The notes under the pieces were generated by a model, which saw nothing but the letters and a program-made list of their open reading frames with translations, made no database searches and was not told where the DNA came from. A stretch of 32,000 nucleotides of DNA from Propionibacteriaceae bacterium (GTDB taxonomy: Bacteria > Actinomycetota > Actinomycetes > Propionibacteriales > Propionibacteriaceae): the NCBI GenBank assembly GCA_031256725.1, contig JAIRQE010000024.1:1-32000 (forward strand), written 5' to 3'. The translations under genes were made by a program, and so were the position numbers. Shown in pieces: positions 1 to 7,988 of the stretch (position 1 is the first letter of the stretch; each line of letters starts with the position of its first letter).

Positions 1-2
1 CC

Positions 3-335
3 CTCCAAGGACACACCAGTTGGGTCCGAGGGTGCGCCATCAGCGCCGACGGACAAACAATAGTCACCGCCTCCACTGATGGGACAGCCCGAACATGGAA
101 CCCAGACGGCGAGACACTCTTGGAGATTCAACACGCCACAACTACACGGATCTGGCTTGACTCGGACACCGAGACTCTACAGATTGACGGTCCAGATTGG
201 CCCCACTGGCAACTCGTCAGCTCTGATCCGAATCAGCCAAACCAACTTGGATCCACTATTGCCCACTACGGCCCCCGAGCCCATGAACTTCTGGCTAACG
301 CTGGTTACTATAACTTTGCTCCTTATGTCAGTTGA
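3..335 (+). CDS. WD40-repeat protein, C-terminal fragment (5' end outside the window)
   Basis: The frame is open from the window edge to TGA at 333-335. Translation starts LQGHTSWVRGCAISADGQTIVTASTDGTARTWN, a typical WD40 blade (GH...SxDG...TxSxDxTxRxW). ORF-track entry 120..335 is the same frame. Confidence 0.6.
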   Translation, partial: LQGHTSWVRGCAISADGQTIVTASTDGTARTWNPDGETLLEIQHATTTRIWLDSDTETLQIDGPDWPHWQLVSSDPNQPNQLGSTIAHYGPRAHELLANAGYYNFAPYVS

Positions 336-570
336 ACGCGGGGATTAGGTTGTTATCATTATAGCGTTGAGAGAGCCAGGGCGAAACTTGAGTACTCCGT
401 GTTAGCAACGGCCTTTTGTACCCCGGAATTCACTATTGCTGAATCGCGCGCAGTCTACGAAGCCGTGTGGGGGATCTCCTATAACTCCACTTCGTGGGGT
501 GATCGCAAGTACGTGACTAAATTTCATGGTTGCTATACCAGTGTTCGTCCTTGAAGAGTAGAATTCTTCC

Positions 571-1572
571 ATGATTGACCTGTACCTCATTACGGGGGCA
601 GTCGGGCATTTGGGGAGCGCGCTGGCCCGGGTACTCGTGGGCGCCGGAAAGAGTGTACGAGGCTTTGATCGGGAGGGCTGTGGGCCCGTTCCCGAAGGTG
701 TGGAGATGTTCTTTGGGGATGTCACCGATCCTGAGACACTGGTTGATTTCCTGCACAAACCTGGGGAATCTACGAGGCTGATTCTTATTCATTGTGCTGG
801 AATTGTGTCGATTTCTAGTCGGTACGATCCGCGGGTTTATCAAGTCAATGTGGTGGGGACCCAGGTGGTACTCAACGCTGCCATTGAGGCGGGTGTGGAC
901 AGGTTTATTTATGTGAGTTCGGTACACGCAATCCCCGAGAAACCCCATGGTAACCTGATCGCAGAGGTCGACCACTTTGATCCTGATCAGGTCATTGGTG
1001 GTTACGCTAAAACCAAGGCCGAGGCTTCACAGTACGTCATTGATAGGGCTAGTCAGGCGGGACTTGAGTACGTGATCGTACACCCCTCAGGTCTGATGGG
1101 ACCCTACGACGATGGGCATGGTCACATCTCGGCGCTGATCATCGATTACTATCGCGGGCGCCTCACCTCAGGCGTGAACGGTGGCTACGATTTCGTCGAT
1201 GTACGGGATGTGGTTCAAGGCATCATTGCGGCTGCCCAATGTGGCCGAAGTGGTGAGTGCTATATCCTCTCCGGTCGGTACTATCGCGTCCGGGAACTTC
1301 TTGACATGGTTAGTGCCGTCACAGGTCGCAAACCAATACGCCACTTCCTTCCCATATGGTTCGTGAAAGCCACTGCCCCCTTCTCGGAGATCTACTACCG
1401 ACTTCGGAAAGTACCCCCGCTGTACACCTCGTACTCCATCTATACCCTGGAAAGCAATGCCAACTTCACCAACGAAAAGGCCGTACGCGACCTTGGATAC
1501 ACCGTACGCCCCCTGGAGGAAACCCTGCATGACACCGTAGATTGGTTCAGGGCCGAAGGACTCATCGTGTGA
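571..1572 (+). CDS. NAD(P)-dependent epimerase/dehydratase (extended SDR family)
   Basis: 333-aa ORF with an N-terminal Rossmann motif (ITGAVGHLGSALARVLVGAG) and a catalytic YxxxK (GGYAKTKAEAS). Length and layout fit dihydroflavonol-reductase-like SDRs. Confidence 0.85.
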   Translation: MIDLYLITGAVGHLGSALARVLVGAGKSVRGFDREGCGPVPEGVEMFFGDVTDPETLVDFLHKPGESTRLILIHCAGIVSISSRYDPRVYQVNVVGTQVVLNAAIEAGVDRFIYVSSVHAIPEKPHGNLIAEVDHFDPDQVIGGYAKTKAEASQYVIDRASQAGLEYVIVHPSGLMGPYDDGHGHISALIIDYYRGRLTSGVNGGYDFVDVRDVVQGIIAAAQCGRSGECYILSGRYYRVRELLDMVSAVTGRKPIRHFLPIWFVKATAPFSEIYYRLRKVPPLYTSYSIYTLESNANFTNEKAVRDLGYTVRPLEETLHDTVDWFRAEGLIV

Positions 1573-1812
1573 TTCCTCCCCCCTCAACTCCTTACATACC
1601 CGAGTCTTTCAAATTCGATAGCGTCCCCGCCCGGAGAGTAGAACCACGTCTACATCATTGGTTGGCCTGCTATCTTGAATCCCAGCAAGATAGGCATGGA
1701 TATGGACCATCATTCCTCCCACAAGCATCCATGACTGCGCTCATTTAAACCCTTTGTCGCGATAATGAAGACTCTGAAACTTGGGACTTCGACAGTCCTC
1801 GCCGCCGTCTCA

Positions 1813-1841
1813 TTGATTAGGCTTTCAGTTGGGAGTACAAT
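1813..1841 (+). promoter_or_regulatory. Candidate sigma70-type promoter for ssrA
   Basis: TTGATT (1813-1818), a 17-nt spacer, then TACAAT (1836-1841), about 31 nt upstream of the mature tmRNA 5' end. A leader removed by RNase P is expected. Confidence 0.4.
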
Positions 1842-1872
1842 GGTAAGGCTCAGCAGAGCACACAACTCAATA

Positions 1873-2240
1873 GGGGATGACTGGTTTCGACTTGGAACGG
1901 TAGTTCTAGGAGAAGCGGGCCGAGGACTCAGGGTTATCTCGTTAACGATCCTTGAAACCAATAAGTGCCAACGATGTTCGCACCAACTTCGCTCTTGCAG
2001 CCTGATCTGCAACCGAAGGGTCAGCCTAGAGGTGCCTTCCCTCTAGTACCTGGCCTCGTTTAGAAGGCTAACTTAGGTACCCTTGTCCTAGGGGTACCAT
2101 AGGACATTCATAGTGACTGGGCTTGTTCATGACGTGCAACCGAGAGCATGAAAGCCGAGAAATACGACAAGAGTAGCTGCGCCCGGAGAATGCCTAGTTC
2201 GCCTTTCGAGGACGGGGGTTCGACTCCCCCCATCTCCACT
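1873..2240 (+). ncRNA. ssrA: tmRNA (transfer-messenger RNA)
   Basis: The 5' GGGGATG (1873-1879) pairs with the 3' CATCTCC (2231-2237) to give a 7-bp acceptor stem with G3:U70, followed by discriminator A. The T-arm is GGGGG-TTCGACT-CCCCC (2214-2230). The internal tag reading frame GCC AAC GAT GTT CGC ACC AAC TTC GCT CTT GCA GCC TGA (1967-2005) encodes ANDVRTNFALAA*. Confidence 0.93.
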
Positions 2241-2373
2241 TAAAGTGTCTTATTCGAACACTTGCCGAAAATCAATTTTGAACACAAGGAAGCAAATTGG
2301 AGAAGGACAAACATACGGTTCTTTGCCTTTGATTGGGAGGGTTTCATGGAATGGCTGAAAGACAATCTACCCA

Positions 2374-2811
2374 TTGTGCTTAGGTACAGTGGTGGCTCTC
2401 GTGTCTGCCGTTATTTCGATAGTCAAAGCTTTAATAGAGCGCGATGGTAGCTCCAGGACATGGAAGTCGCTGGAAAAGTCGACAACTATTTATTGCAGTA
2501 TGCCTGATGACTTACCAGCAAAGTCCTTAGCTGCCGACATCGTCCACGCAGAAGCAACGAGAGTCAAAGATCGGCTAACCCGAAAGGTCAACTCTGGAAA
2601 CCTGAGTGCATTGATCTTTGTCTCCGTTGTGGGCGGCACTTTTTCATATTTGCTTGTGCTTTGGGCTACAAACGCTTCTCAAGTATTGTCAATTGTTGCG
2701 TGGATACTGTTCGGTCTTATCGCGCTCTTCACCCTCTTGATGGCCATAAGTGGATTTTCGCTTCTATATGCGCCAAACAAGAATTCCGATAAATCTAAAA
2801 CGAGGGAGTAG
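2374..2811 (+). CDS. Hypothetical membrane protein (N-terminus uncertain, possibly frameshifted)
   Basis: 145-aa ORF from TTG 2374 with hydrophobic segments (VVALVSAVISIV, LIFVSVVGGTFSYLLVLW, IVAWILFGLIALFTLLMAISGF). A much better start (GGGAGG 2335-2340, 5 nt, ATG 2346) lies in another frame and reads MEWLKDNLPIVL before diverging. Confidence 0.45.
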   Translation: MCLGTVVALVSAVISIVKALIERDGSSRTWKSLEKSTTIYCSMPDDLPAKSLAADIVHAEATRVKDRLTRKVNSGNLSALIFVSVVGGTFSYLLVLWATNASQVLSIVAWILFGLIALFTLLMAISGFSLLYAPNKNSDKSKTRE

Positions 2812-2858
2812 GGCCAGCTTGCATTGACGCGTACGGTTAGCCACCGTACACTTGAGTT

Positions 2859-3146
2859 ATGCCAACAGCCATGATACCCACTCGCGATGCTCGCCTTGAT
2901 CTGCGGATGACCGCAGATAATCGGGCTCTTATCAGTGAAGCCGCTCAGCTCAGTGGTACGAGTCTCACTGATTATGTGATGTCAGTTGTTGTTCGTGCTG
3001 CACGTCAGGATGTGCTGCAAGCCAGGGTGCTTCGACTTGATCCTGAAGCATGGGATGACTTCATGGTAGCACTTGACGAGTCAGATACCGATGCTATGGC
3101 TGTCCTGAGATCCCGCGTTACTCGTTGGGATTCAACAGCACCGTGA
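2859..3146 (+). CDS. DUF1778-family (TacA-like, RHH) type II antitoxin
   Basis: 95-aa product. RLDLRMTADNRALISEAAQLSGTSLTDYVMSVVVRAARQDV...PEAWDDFMVALD matches the DUF1778 pattern. Its TGA stop overlaps a GTG (GTGA at 3143-3146) that opens the GNAT toxin frame. Confidence 0.85.
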   Translation: MPTAMIPTRDARLDLRMTADNRALISEAAQLSGTSLTDYVMSVVVRAARQDVLQARVLRLDPEAWDDFMVALDESDTDAMAVLRSRVTRWDSTAP

Positions 3147-3618
3147 ACTTCCTAGAACCTCGTCGTATTCACCAAGGTGACCCAGTTGACAATTTCGACT
3201 GTGGTGTCCCGTCACTGAATGGTTGGTGCACCAGGCTCTTCGTAACGAGGTAAGCGGAGACTCACGAACCTATGTGTCCATTGATGCTGGCATCCCCCTC
3301 ATCGCCGGCTACTATTCACTTTCATCGTGGGCAGTTAGTCGTCAAGAATCGGGTGGTTGGCTCTCACGTAATGCCCCTGAACCTGTGTCGGTCATCCTGC
3401 TTGGAAGGCTCGCTGTGGATCAGACTTTTCGTGGTACGGGCCTGAGGAGTGACCTTCTCACTCATGCGATTCGTAATGCGAATGTTGCTGCGAGCCTTGT
3501 GGGTGCCCGAGCGCTTGTTGCCGAAGCCCTCGATGATCGTGCCGCACAGTTTTATCTTCATGCTGGACTCCGTCGTTCAGCGGTCAGAAGCGATCTTCTG
3601 TTCCTTCCACTGCGTTAG
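3143..3618 (+). pseudogene. GNAT-family acetyltransferase toxin (TacT-like), apparently frameshifted
   Basis: From GTG 3143 the frame reads VNFLEPRRIHQGDPVDNFDCGVPSLNGW, then stops. The long ORF (3223-3618, another frame) continues LVHQALRNE...LLGRLAVDQTFRGTGLRSDLL...ALVAEALDDRAAQFYLHAGL, the GNAT-toxin core. The span is 476 nt, one short of a multiple of 3. Confidence 0.75.
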
Positions 3619-3687
3619 ACGACTCATGGCAAACGCTTGAGTGACTGTTCTCAAATTATGGTCTTTAGCGACCGATAAATAAGACCT

Positions 3688-3925
3688 GACAAGGGATTTC
3701 GGTAAGGGCAAAAACGTTCTAATAATGCTCCATTTCCTCCACTCAATACGAAGCCAGGCCGCGCGCCTGGTTTTTGTATTGAACCGAACTGTGGACTCGA
3801 ATCCGAGAGAGTCCGAGCGTTGGGAGAAGGCCCAGTGGGCCTTCGAGTAGCGAGGCCCGAGAAAGCCCAATAGGGCTGACGAGGGGTGGCTTGCGAAGCA
3901 AGGCACGTCGAACCCCCATCCAGCT
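3688..3925. repeat. Repeated non-coding element, complete copy (5' module 3688-3800; ssrA-3'-like module about 3802-3925)
   Basis: 3688-3796 aligns by eye with 5136-5254 (for example gttctaataatgCTccatttccTccac against gttctaataatgTCccatttccCccac). 3842-3925 aligns with 8096-8182 (shared ttcgagtagcgaggccc...gacgagggg...tgcgaagcaaggc.cgtcgaa). Confidence 0.6.
3751..3778 (+). terminator. Candidate intrinsic terminator inside repeat copy 1
   Basis: Stem CCAGGC (3754-3759) / GCCTGG (3765-3770) with a 5-nt loop, followed by TTTTT (3771-3775). It lies about 135 nt after the GNAT gene stop. Confidence 0.4.
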
Positions 3926-4019
3926 AATTGTTTTTGGTTAGCATCGGTGGTTTTACGACCTGGGGTGAAAAGAATAATGAACTATAAGCCAAGTTGAATG
4001 AAGTTACCACTGATGGTGG

Positions 4020-4427
4020 TTGGTGCACAGTTTTTCGATCAAAGTGTGCATGATGATGTATTCTGTTCATATGAGTACGGCAGTGATGACATTGGCTCCT
4101 GAGGCTGTTCGGTCTTCGGCTTCGGGGGAGTCTGTGTGGGAGAAGGCGTTGATTGAGTTCATTCGAGAGGCGTCTGCGGAGGGTATGACTGTCGTGGTGA
4201 GTACGGAAGTCAGAATGATGACTCCGGACGAAGTCGCCCGTGGTTTAAATGTCTCTCGTTCCACGATTTCTCGGCGTATTGCTGACGGCGCTATCAAGTC
4301 CACAATGATTGGTAATCGCCACCATGTTCCTTATCGTGAGTTCCAGCGATTGTGGGAAGACTATATGGGTAGGGTTGTGGACGCCTCCATTGAGGATATT
4401 GAAGCCGAACTGTTTACCGATGAGTGA
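4020..4427 (+). CDS. Excisionase-family helix-turn-helix protein, putative antitoxin (start uncertain, 4020-4071)
   Basis: The C-terminal half MTPDEVARGLNVSRSTISRRIADGAIKSTMIGNRHHVPYREF fits the MerR/excisionase-type HTH. Its stop overlaps the next gene's start (ATGAGTGA at 4420-4427). Confidence 0.7.
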   Translation: MVHSFSIKVCMMMYSVHMSTAVMTLAPEAVRSSASGESVWEKALIEFIREASAEGMTVVVSTEVRMMTPDEVARGLNVSRSTISRRIADGAIKSTMIGNRHHVPYREFQRLWEDYMGRVVDASIEDIEAELFTDE

Positions 4428-5079
4428 GCAGTCTTCTTCTGGTTTCACCGTTTTTCTGGATGCCAATGTTCTTGTCAAACCGGTGACTCGCACTCTCATT
4501 ATGGCTTCAGCTAAGTCAAGTGGGTACGGGGTTCGCTGGAGCGCTTATGTGGAAAGTGAAGCCGTGCGGAACGCTCGATTGGGTCAGAAGAGCATTGTGG
4601 AAGTCCGAGGTTTGTCAGGTGATGAACTTTCCCCTTCAGGGATTAATCCTGATCGTTTTGATGGAACATCAGAAAAAGATCGTCAGGTTCTTGCAGATGC
4701 TGAGTCGGCTGGTTGCCTGTTCCTAGTCACTGAAGACGTGGACGATTTTGGGCTCTCAGATCTCGACTTGGTAGGGGTTGCCGCTGTGAATCCTGATCTG
4801 TTTCTATCGTTGTGCACGACAGCTGAGGGATACATTGAGGCATTGACCTTGATGACGTCGCGATTCAGGAACCCTGAGCATACTCTGGATCAACTTCATA
4901 GTCAGCTGGGGAAAGCCCATCCCTTGACTGTCGCAAAATACCAATTCCTGTTTTCGGTCGAGCCAATACAGTCAACTCATAATCAACCCAGGATCATGTA
5001 TCGTGGGACTCGATGTTTGGTGTGTCTTGGTACGAGATCTACTATCACTCAGGGACGTTGCCCCGACTGCACAGAGTAG
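4420..5079 (+). CDS. PIN-domain protein with C-terminal CxxC...CxxC zinc-ribbon, putative toxin
   Basis: From ATG 4420 it reads MSEQSSSGFTVFLDANVLVKP (first PIN acidic residue), later SEKDRQVLADAESAGCLFLVTEDVDDF (distal acidic residues). The C-terminus is RCLVCLGTRSTITQGRCPDCTE. It is translationally coupled to the upstream HTH gene. Confidence 0.75.
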   Translation: MSEQSSSGFTVFLDANVLVKPVTRTLIMASAKSSGYGVRWSAYVESEAVRNARLGQKSIVEVRGLSGDELSPSGINPDRFDGTSEKDRQVLADAESAGCLFLVTEDVDDFGLSDLDLVGVAAVNPDLFLSLCTTAEGYIEALTLMTSRFRNPEHTLDQLHSQLGKAHPLTVAKYQFLFSVEPIQSTHNQPRIMYRGTRCLVCLGTRSTITQGRCPDCTE

Positions 5080-5135
5080 GTAAACCTACCAGGATTCTCG
5101 CATAGTGGACTTCCATCTTTCATAGAAATTACTCT

Positions 5136-5254
5136 GACTAGGGATACTGGCATTGGCTGAAGTGTTCTAATAATGTCCCATTTCCCCCACAGAGGATTGA
5201 GCCGAGAGCAGCGAAAGCTTGCTCTTGTTGTCGAGGCGATTGAACTCTGTTGAC
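5136..5254. repeat. Repeated element, second copy of the 5' module only
   Basis: Aligns with 3688-3796. It contains a different hairpin at the equivalent position (GAGCAGC-GAAA-GCTTGCTC, 5207-5225) and the shared attgaac..ctgt.gac block (5239-5254). Confidence 0.55.
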
Positions 5255-5709
5255 GAAAGCCGCAGGCTTGAGGAACACCAAAGTTCGCTTATCCGAACAC
5301 CTGGCCTGGAAAGGACATCCGCATCGACGTGGTGTTCCAGGATTGAGGGATCGAGTTGTTGGTGGCGTTGCCAGTAGTCGGCTTGGAGTCTGGCTTCGGG
5401 GTCCATGATTGCGTCGTATGGGCCGGAGAAGTAGGGGCAGACATCACTGTTCTTTGAACGGGAGAACTCAATACTCATTCGTGCTCCGCACTGGCACCAT
5501 ATCAGTCCCGTGAGGTAGTGGGCTGCACATCGCTGTTTGGAGGACGGGTTCAAGGGGGCGCAGCCCCCTGGGTTGGCATTGAGATTGAGCAGAGAGATAT
5601 CGAAATGACCTGCTTGCTCATGATGAAAGAGATAGTCCACGAGCGAAGCTCGGGGCCATAAAGGCATGTACCGAAAAGGGGTACGACGATGACTCGGTAG
5701 AATCGCCAA
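5167..5709 (-). pseudogene. Possible remnant of a large serine recombinase (C-terminal zinc-ribbon region only)
   Basis: The 180-aa ORF has no resolvase catalytic domain. It does contain PLWPRASLVDYL...AAHYLTGLIWCQCGARMSIEF...CPYF, which resembles the W...L...Y.G and hxLxGLxxCxxCGxxM zinc-ribbon segment of large serine recombinases. Upstream it abuts an unrelated gene. Confidence 0.35.
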
Positions 5710-5725
5710 ATAGTGGAACGTCGGA

Positions 5726-6361
5726 TCAGTTGCTCAACGCAGGTGCCTTTCGTAAATACTCATTGCTTTCCACCTGTTCCAACATGAACCAGGCAAGGTC
5801 AGCCCGGGAGAGCGTATTGCGGAAAGAATCTCTGCCCAGGTATCCGGCTCGAACCTGTTTCGATAATGGTTTGTCAGTGAGTATTGAAGCGATCCTCACG
5901 AGCGTCCAGCCGCAACTAGAATCTCGAATCAGCTGACTGTATCTTACAATCTGCTCATAGCTCGTTGGCCTGCCTCGTCTTATCATGCCCCTTCTCAGCT
6001 TGGTGCGAAAGCTCTCAATATCAGAAATGTCTTGTGCGCTAGTTGTTGACAGTGCTATGAATCGAACGACACCGTACTCTTCCATGACGGATAGAATGTT
6101 CGCGATCCCGTCGCAGAGCTCCTCATCACCTTGTTTGCCCATGGGGCCAAGCGCACTGAGAACACAGTCGCATCCCTCGATTGCTATCCTCAATGATTGC
6201 CGACTATCCAACTTGCCTGCTTTTTTGGTCAAGCAAGGGCTTTCGGAGGAAATCCTGCTTGGATCGCGTGCATAGGCGACGACATCATATCCGCGCCCAA
6301 GCGATTGGCAGACAAGCTCTCGCCCCGTTCTTCCCGTTGCACCGAATATTGCCACCTTCAT
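5726..6361 (-). CDS. NAD(P)H-binding oxidoreductase (atypical SDR / NmrA-like)
   Basis: The 211-aa product starts MKVAIFGATGRTGRELVCQSLGRGYDVVAYARDP (GxxGxxG Rossmann motif). It is divergent from a TetR gene. Confidence 0.8.
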   Translation of the reverse strand: MKVAIFGATGRTGRELVCQSLGRGYDVVAYARDPSRISSESPCLTKKAGKLDSRQSLRIAIEGCDCVLSALGPMGKQGDEELCDGIANILSVMEEYGVVRFIALSTTSAQDISDIESFRTKLRRGMIRRGRPTSYEQIVRYSQLIRDSSCGWTLVRIASILTDKPLSKQVRAGYLGRDSFRNTLSRADLAWFMLEQVESNEYLRKAPALSN

Positions 6362-6503
6362 TCAGAACCTCCGTTTTTCGGCTGATAACTAGACAACGTG
6401 TTGTATAATCTAATCTACCTTGGCTTGCTGTCGGCATCAACCAACAGTATTTGATTATCTGTCGGATGATTCACAGAACAGGCACAGATAGAAAGGACGC
6501 TCC

Positions 6504-7115
6504 ATGAAAAAGCAGCCTGAAGTAACCCAAAAGACAAAGAGGGCTTTCATGGATGCCTTTTGTGAGCTGTATGTCCAAAAACCGATTGAGAGAATATCTA
6601 TCCAGGAGATAACAAACAGGGCGGGGTATAACCGCAGCTCCTTCTACCAGCACTTCTGCGATATCTATGAGCTGTTGGACTATCTGGAAAACTATGTGTT
6701 GGATTCCATGCTTGAAAAACTGCCTGCTGACAATGCTTGGCTGCAAGGGCTGCTTACGCCAGACAACGAGACGAATTTTTACCTGAAAACCCTGTTTGGC
6801 GAATTTGGAAGTAGCCACTTTATCGAACGGCTGAAGGCGAGTGTCCCGCTCGACTCCCATAAAACAAGCATTTCCAGCGATGATCCCTTGGCTCCCTATA
6901 TCATGGAGTTTCACCTCTCTACGGTGCTTTCGCTCATGAGACTTTGGTATCAAAGGGATCAGGACTTGTCGCAAGCAGAGCTGTCCGAATTGACTTATCG
7001 GTTATATATGGGAGGAACATCTGCACTAGCTGCTTTTGAGGCTCTTACCCACCAAAATCAAGGGCATCCTGGACGGATCGCGGCTGTGCGGCCAACTTCC
7101 GCGCCTGGGTGTTGA
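6504..7115 (+). CDS. TetR/AcrR-family transcriptional regulator
   Basis: The N-terminal HTH TKRAFMDAFCELYVQKPIERISIQEITNRAGYNRSSFYQHF is the TetR signature. The last ~25 aa (after YRLYMGG) look like a non-native extension. Confidence 0.8.
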   Translation: MKKQPEVTQKTKRAFMDAFCELYVQKPIERISIQEITNRAGYNRSSFYQHFCDIYELLDYLENYVLDSMLEKLPADNAWLQGLLTPDNETNFYLKTLFGEFGSSHFIERLKASVPLDSHKTSISSDDPLAPYIMEFHLSTVLSLMRLWYQRDQDLSQAELSELTYRLYMGGTSALAAFEALTHQNQGHPGRIAAVRPTSAPGC

Positions 7116-7281
7116 GATCACTCGAGGCCACATCAATATCACTTCGGGAGACGACGGTTTACAGGCCTACACTGATGTGAGTGTGACCGGTGGAGTGATT
7201 ACGGACGATGTAGCCGATGATGGGTTGAAGGCTGAGAAAATCATCTCCATTGGTCGAGCAGTCTTATCTTTATTAAGGTAG
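7036..7281 (+). pseudogene. Possible gene fragment (repeat-type secreted protein remnant)
   Basis: The short ORF reads INITSGDDGLQAYTDVSVTGGVITDDVADDGLKAEKIISI, which resembles the repetitive 'I.I.sgDDGi.a...v.I.GG.i' units of some Firmicutes surface proteins. No credible start or RBS, and it overlaps the TetR 3' end. Confidence 0.2.
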
Positions 7282-7358
7282 ATCCTCTCAATAAACTCAA
7301 ACAGAAAGATAACTGGGGTTCAATACAGCGTCTTATGAATAGCCATCTGAGAGATAGT

Positions 7359-7988
7359 ATGAAAAAAAGAGTATCCATAACACTTGCGGCGGTTTTATCT
7401 ATCATAATTGTATCTGGAGTGTTATTGTTTATAGTCAATAATACAATCAGTAATGTGTTTGACGAAATGTATCTGTCTGTTAAGGCCCCAAGATCTTCAG
7501 ACGCTAGCTTTTATTTTATGCGGGAGGTTGGAAGGCTAGCACAAGACCGCGCTCATGATAATTATGATTTTTATATGGGTGTATATAAAAATTCATTGAA
7601 TGAGGGGGAAAGTATCTCACTTTCGCTAAGTCTAGACACTGAGATCATTCGTGTCTGGGGTGGGATTGAAACTGAGAATAATTATCAAATATATTATACG
7701 TACGAATACAATTTCAAAACGAAAACCTTGGAAATCAAACCTGTGAGAATCTGGGCATACAACTCCGATAAGCTGGGTTTCGAAGAGCGCATTGACGATC
7801 CTACACAGATCTCCGCGTTTTTAAGGGAGCATAGTATCTCCCGAGCAGATCTAGAACGACACAGAGACTATTTTCTTTATGAAAAATTTTTAACCGACTG
7901 GACACAGGGCAACGGGGAGCATAGTTTGTTTTCGGCAGGAAATTACGGCAAGTTTACAATAATTGATAACACTCTGGAAGGTCTGTGA
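7359..7988 (+). CDS. Hypothetical N-terminally membrane-anchored protein (AT-rich, foreign-looking)
   Basis: From ATG 7359 it reads MKKRVSITLAAVLSIIIVSGVLLFIV, then a Y/N/E-rich soluble domain. Codon usage is visibly AT-richer than the flanking genes. Confidence 0.6.
   Translation: MKKRVSITLAAVLSIIIVSGVLLFIVNNTISNVFDEMYLSVKAPRSSDASFYFMREVGRLAQDRAHDNYDFYMGVYKNSLNEGESISLSLSLDTEIIRVWGGIETENNYQIYYTYEYNFKTKTLEIKPVRIWAYNSDKLGFEERIDDPTQISAFLREHSISRADLERHRDYFLYEKFLTDWTQGNGEHSLFSAGNYGKFTIIDNTLEGL

Noticed and set aside
402-975. Minus-strand ORFs 402..758 and 517..975
   Set aside because: They are antisense to, or overlap the start of, the well-supported SDR gene. They have no motifs and odd composition.
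1710-2046. ORF-track entries 1710..2012 (-) and 1765..2046 (+), 93-100 aa
   Set aside because: They lie on top of the tmRNA gene and its promoter. The tmRNA structure and tag ORF explain this sequence fully, and the ORFs have no RBS or protein-like features.
3577-3906. 109-aa minus-strand ORF across repeat copy 1, and the analogous 7943..8194 (-) ORF across copy 2
   Set aside because: The two translations are only similar where the DNA repeats align (FDVPCFASHP against FDAPCFAGHP) and diverge by indels that would break a protein. They have low-complexity, Arg/Ser/Trp-rich composition and no start context. They are treated as non-coding repeat sequence.
3872-3916. Hammerhead-ribozyme-like core (CTGACGAG ... 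CGAA) in both repeat copies
   Set aside because: The base after GAA is C (copy 1) or T (copy 2), not the invariant A15.1. No stem I or stem III and no cleavage-site UH context can be drawn. GACG and CGTC pair with each other more simply. This is probably coincidence, or tmRNA-derived sequence.
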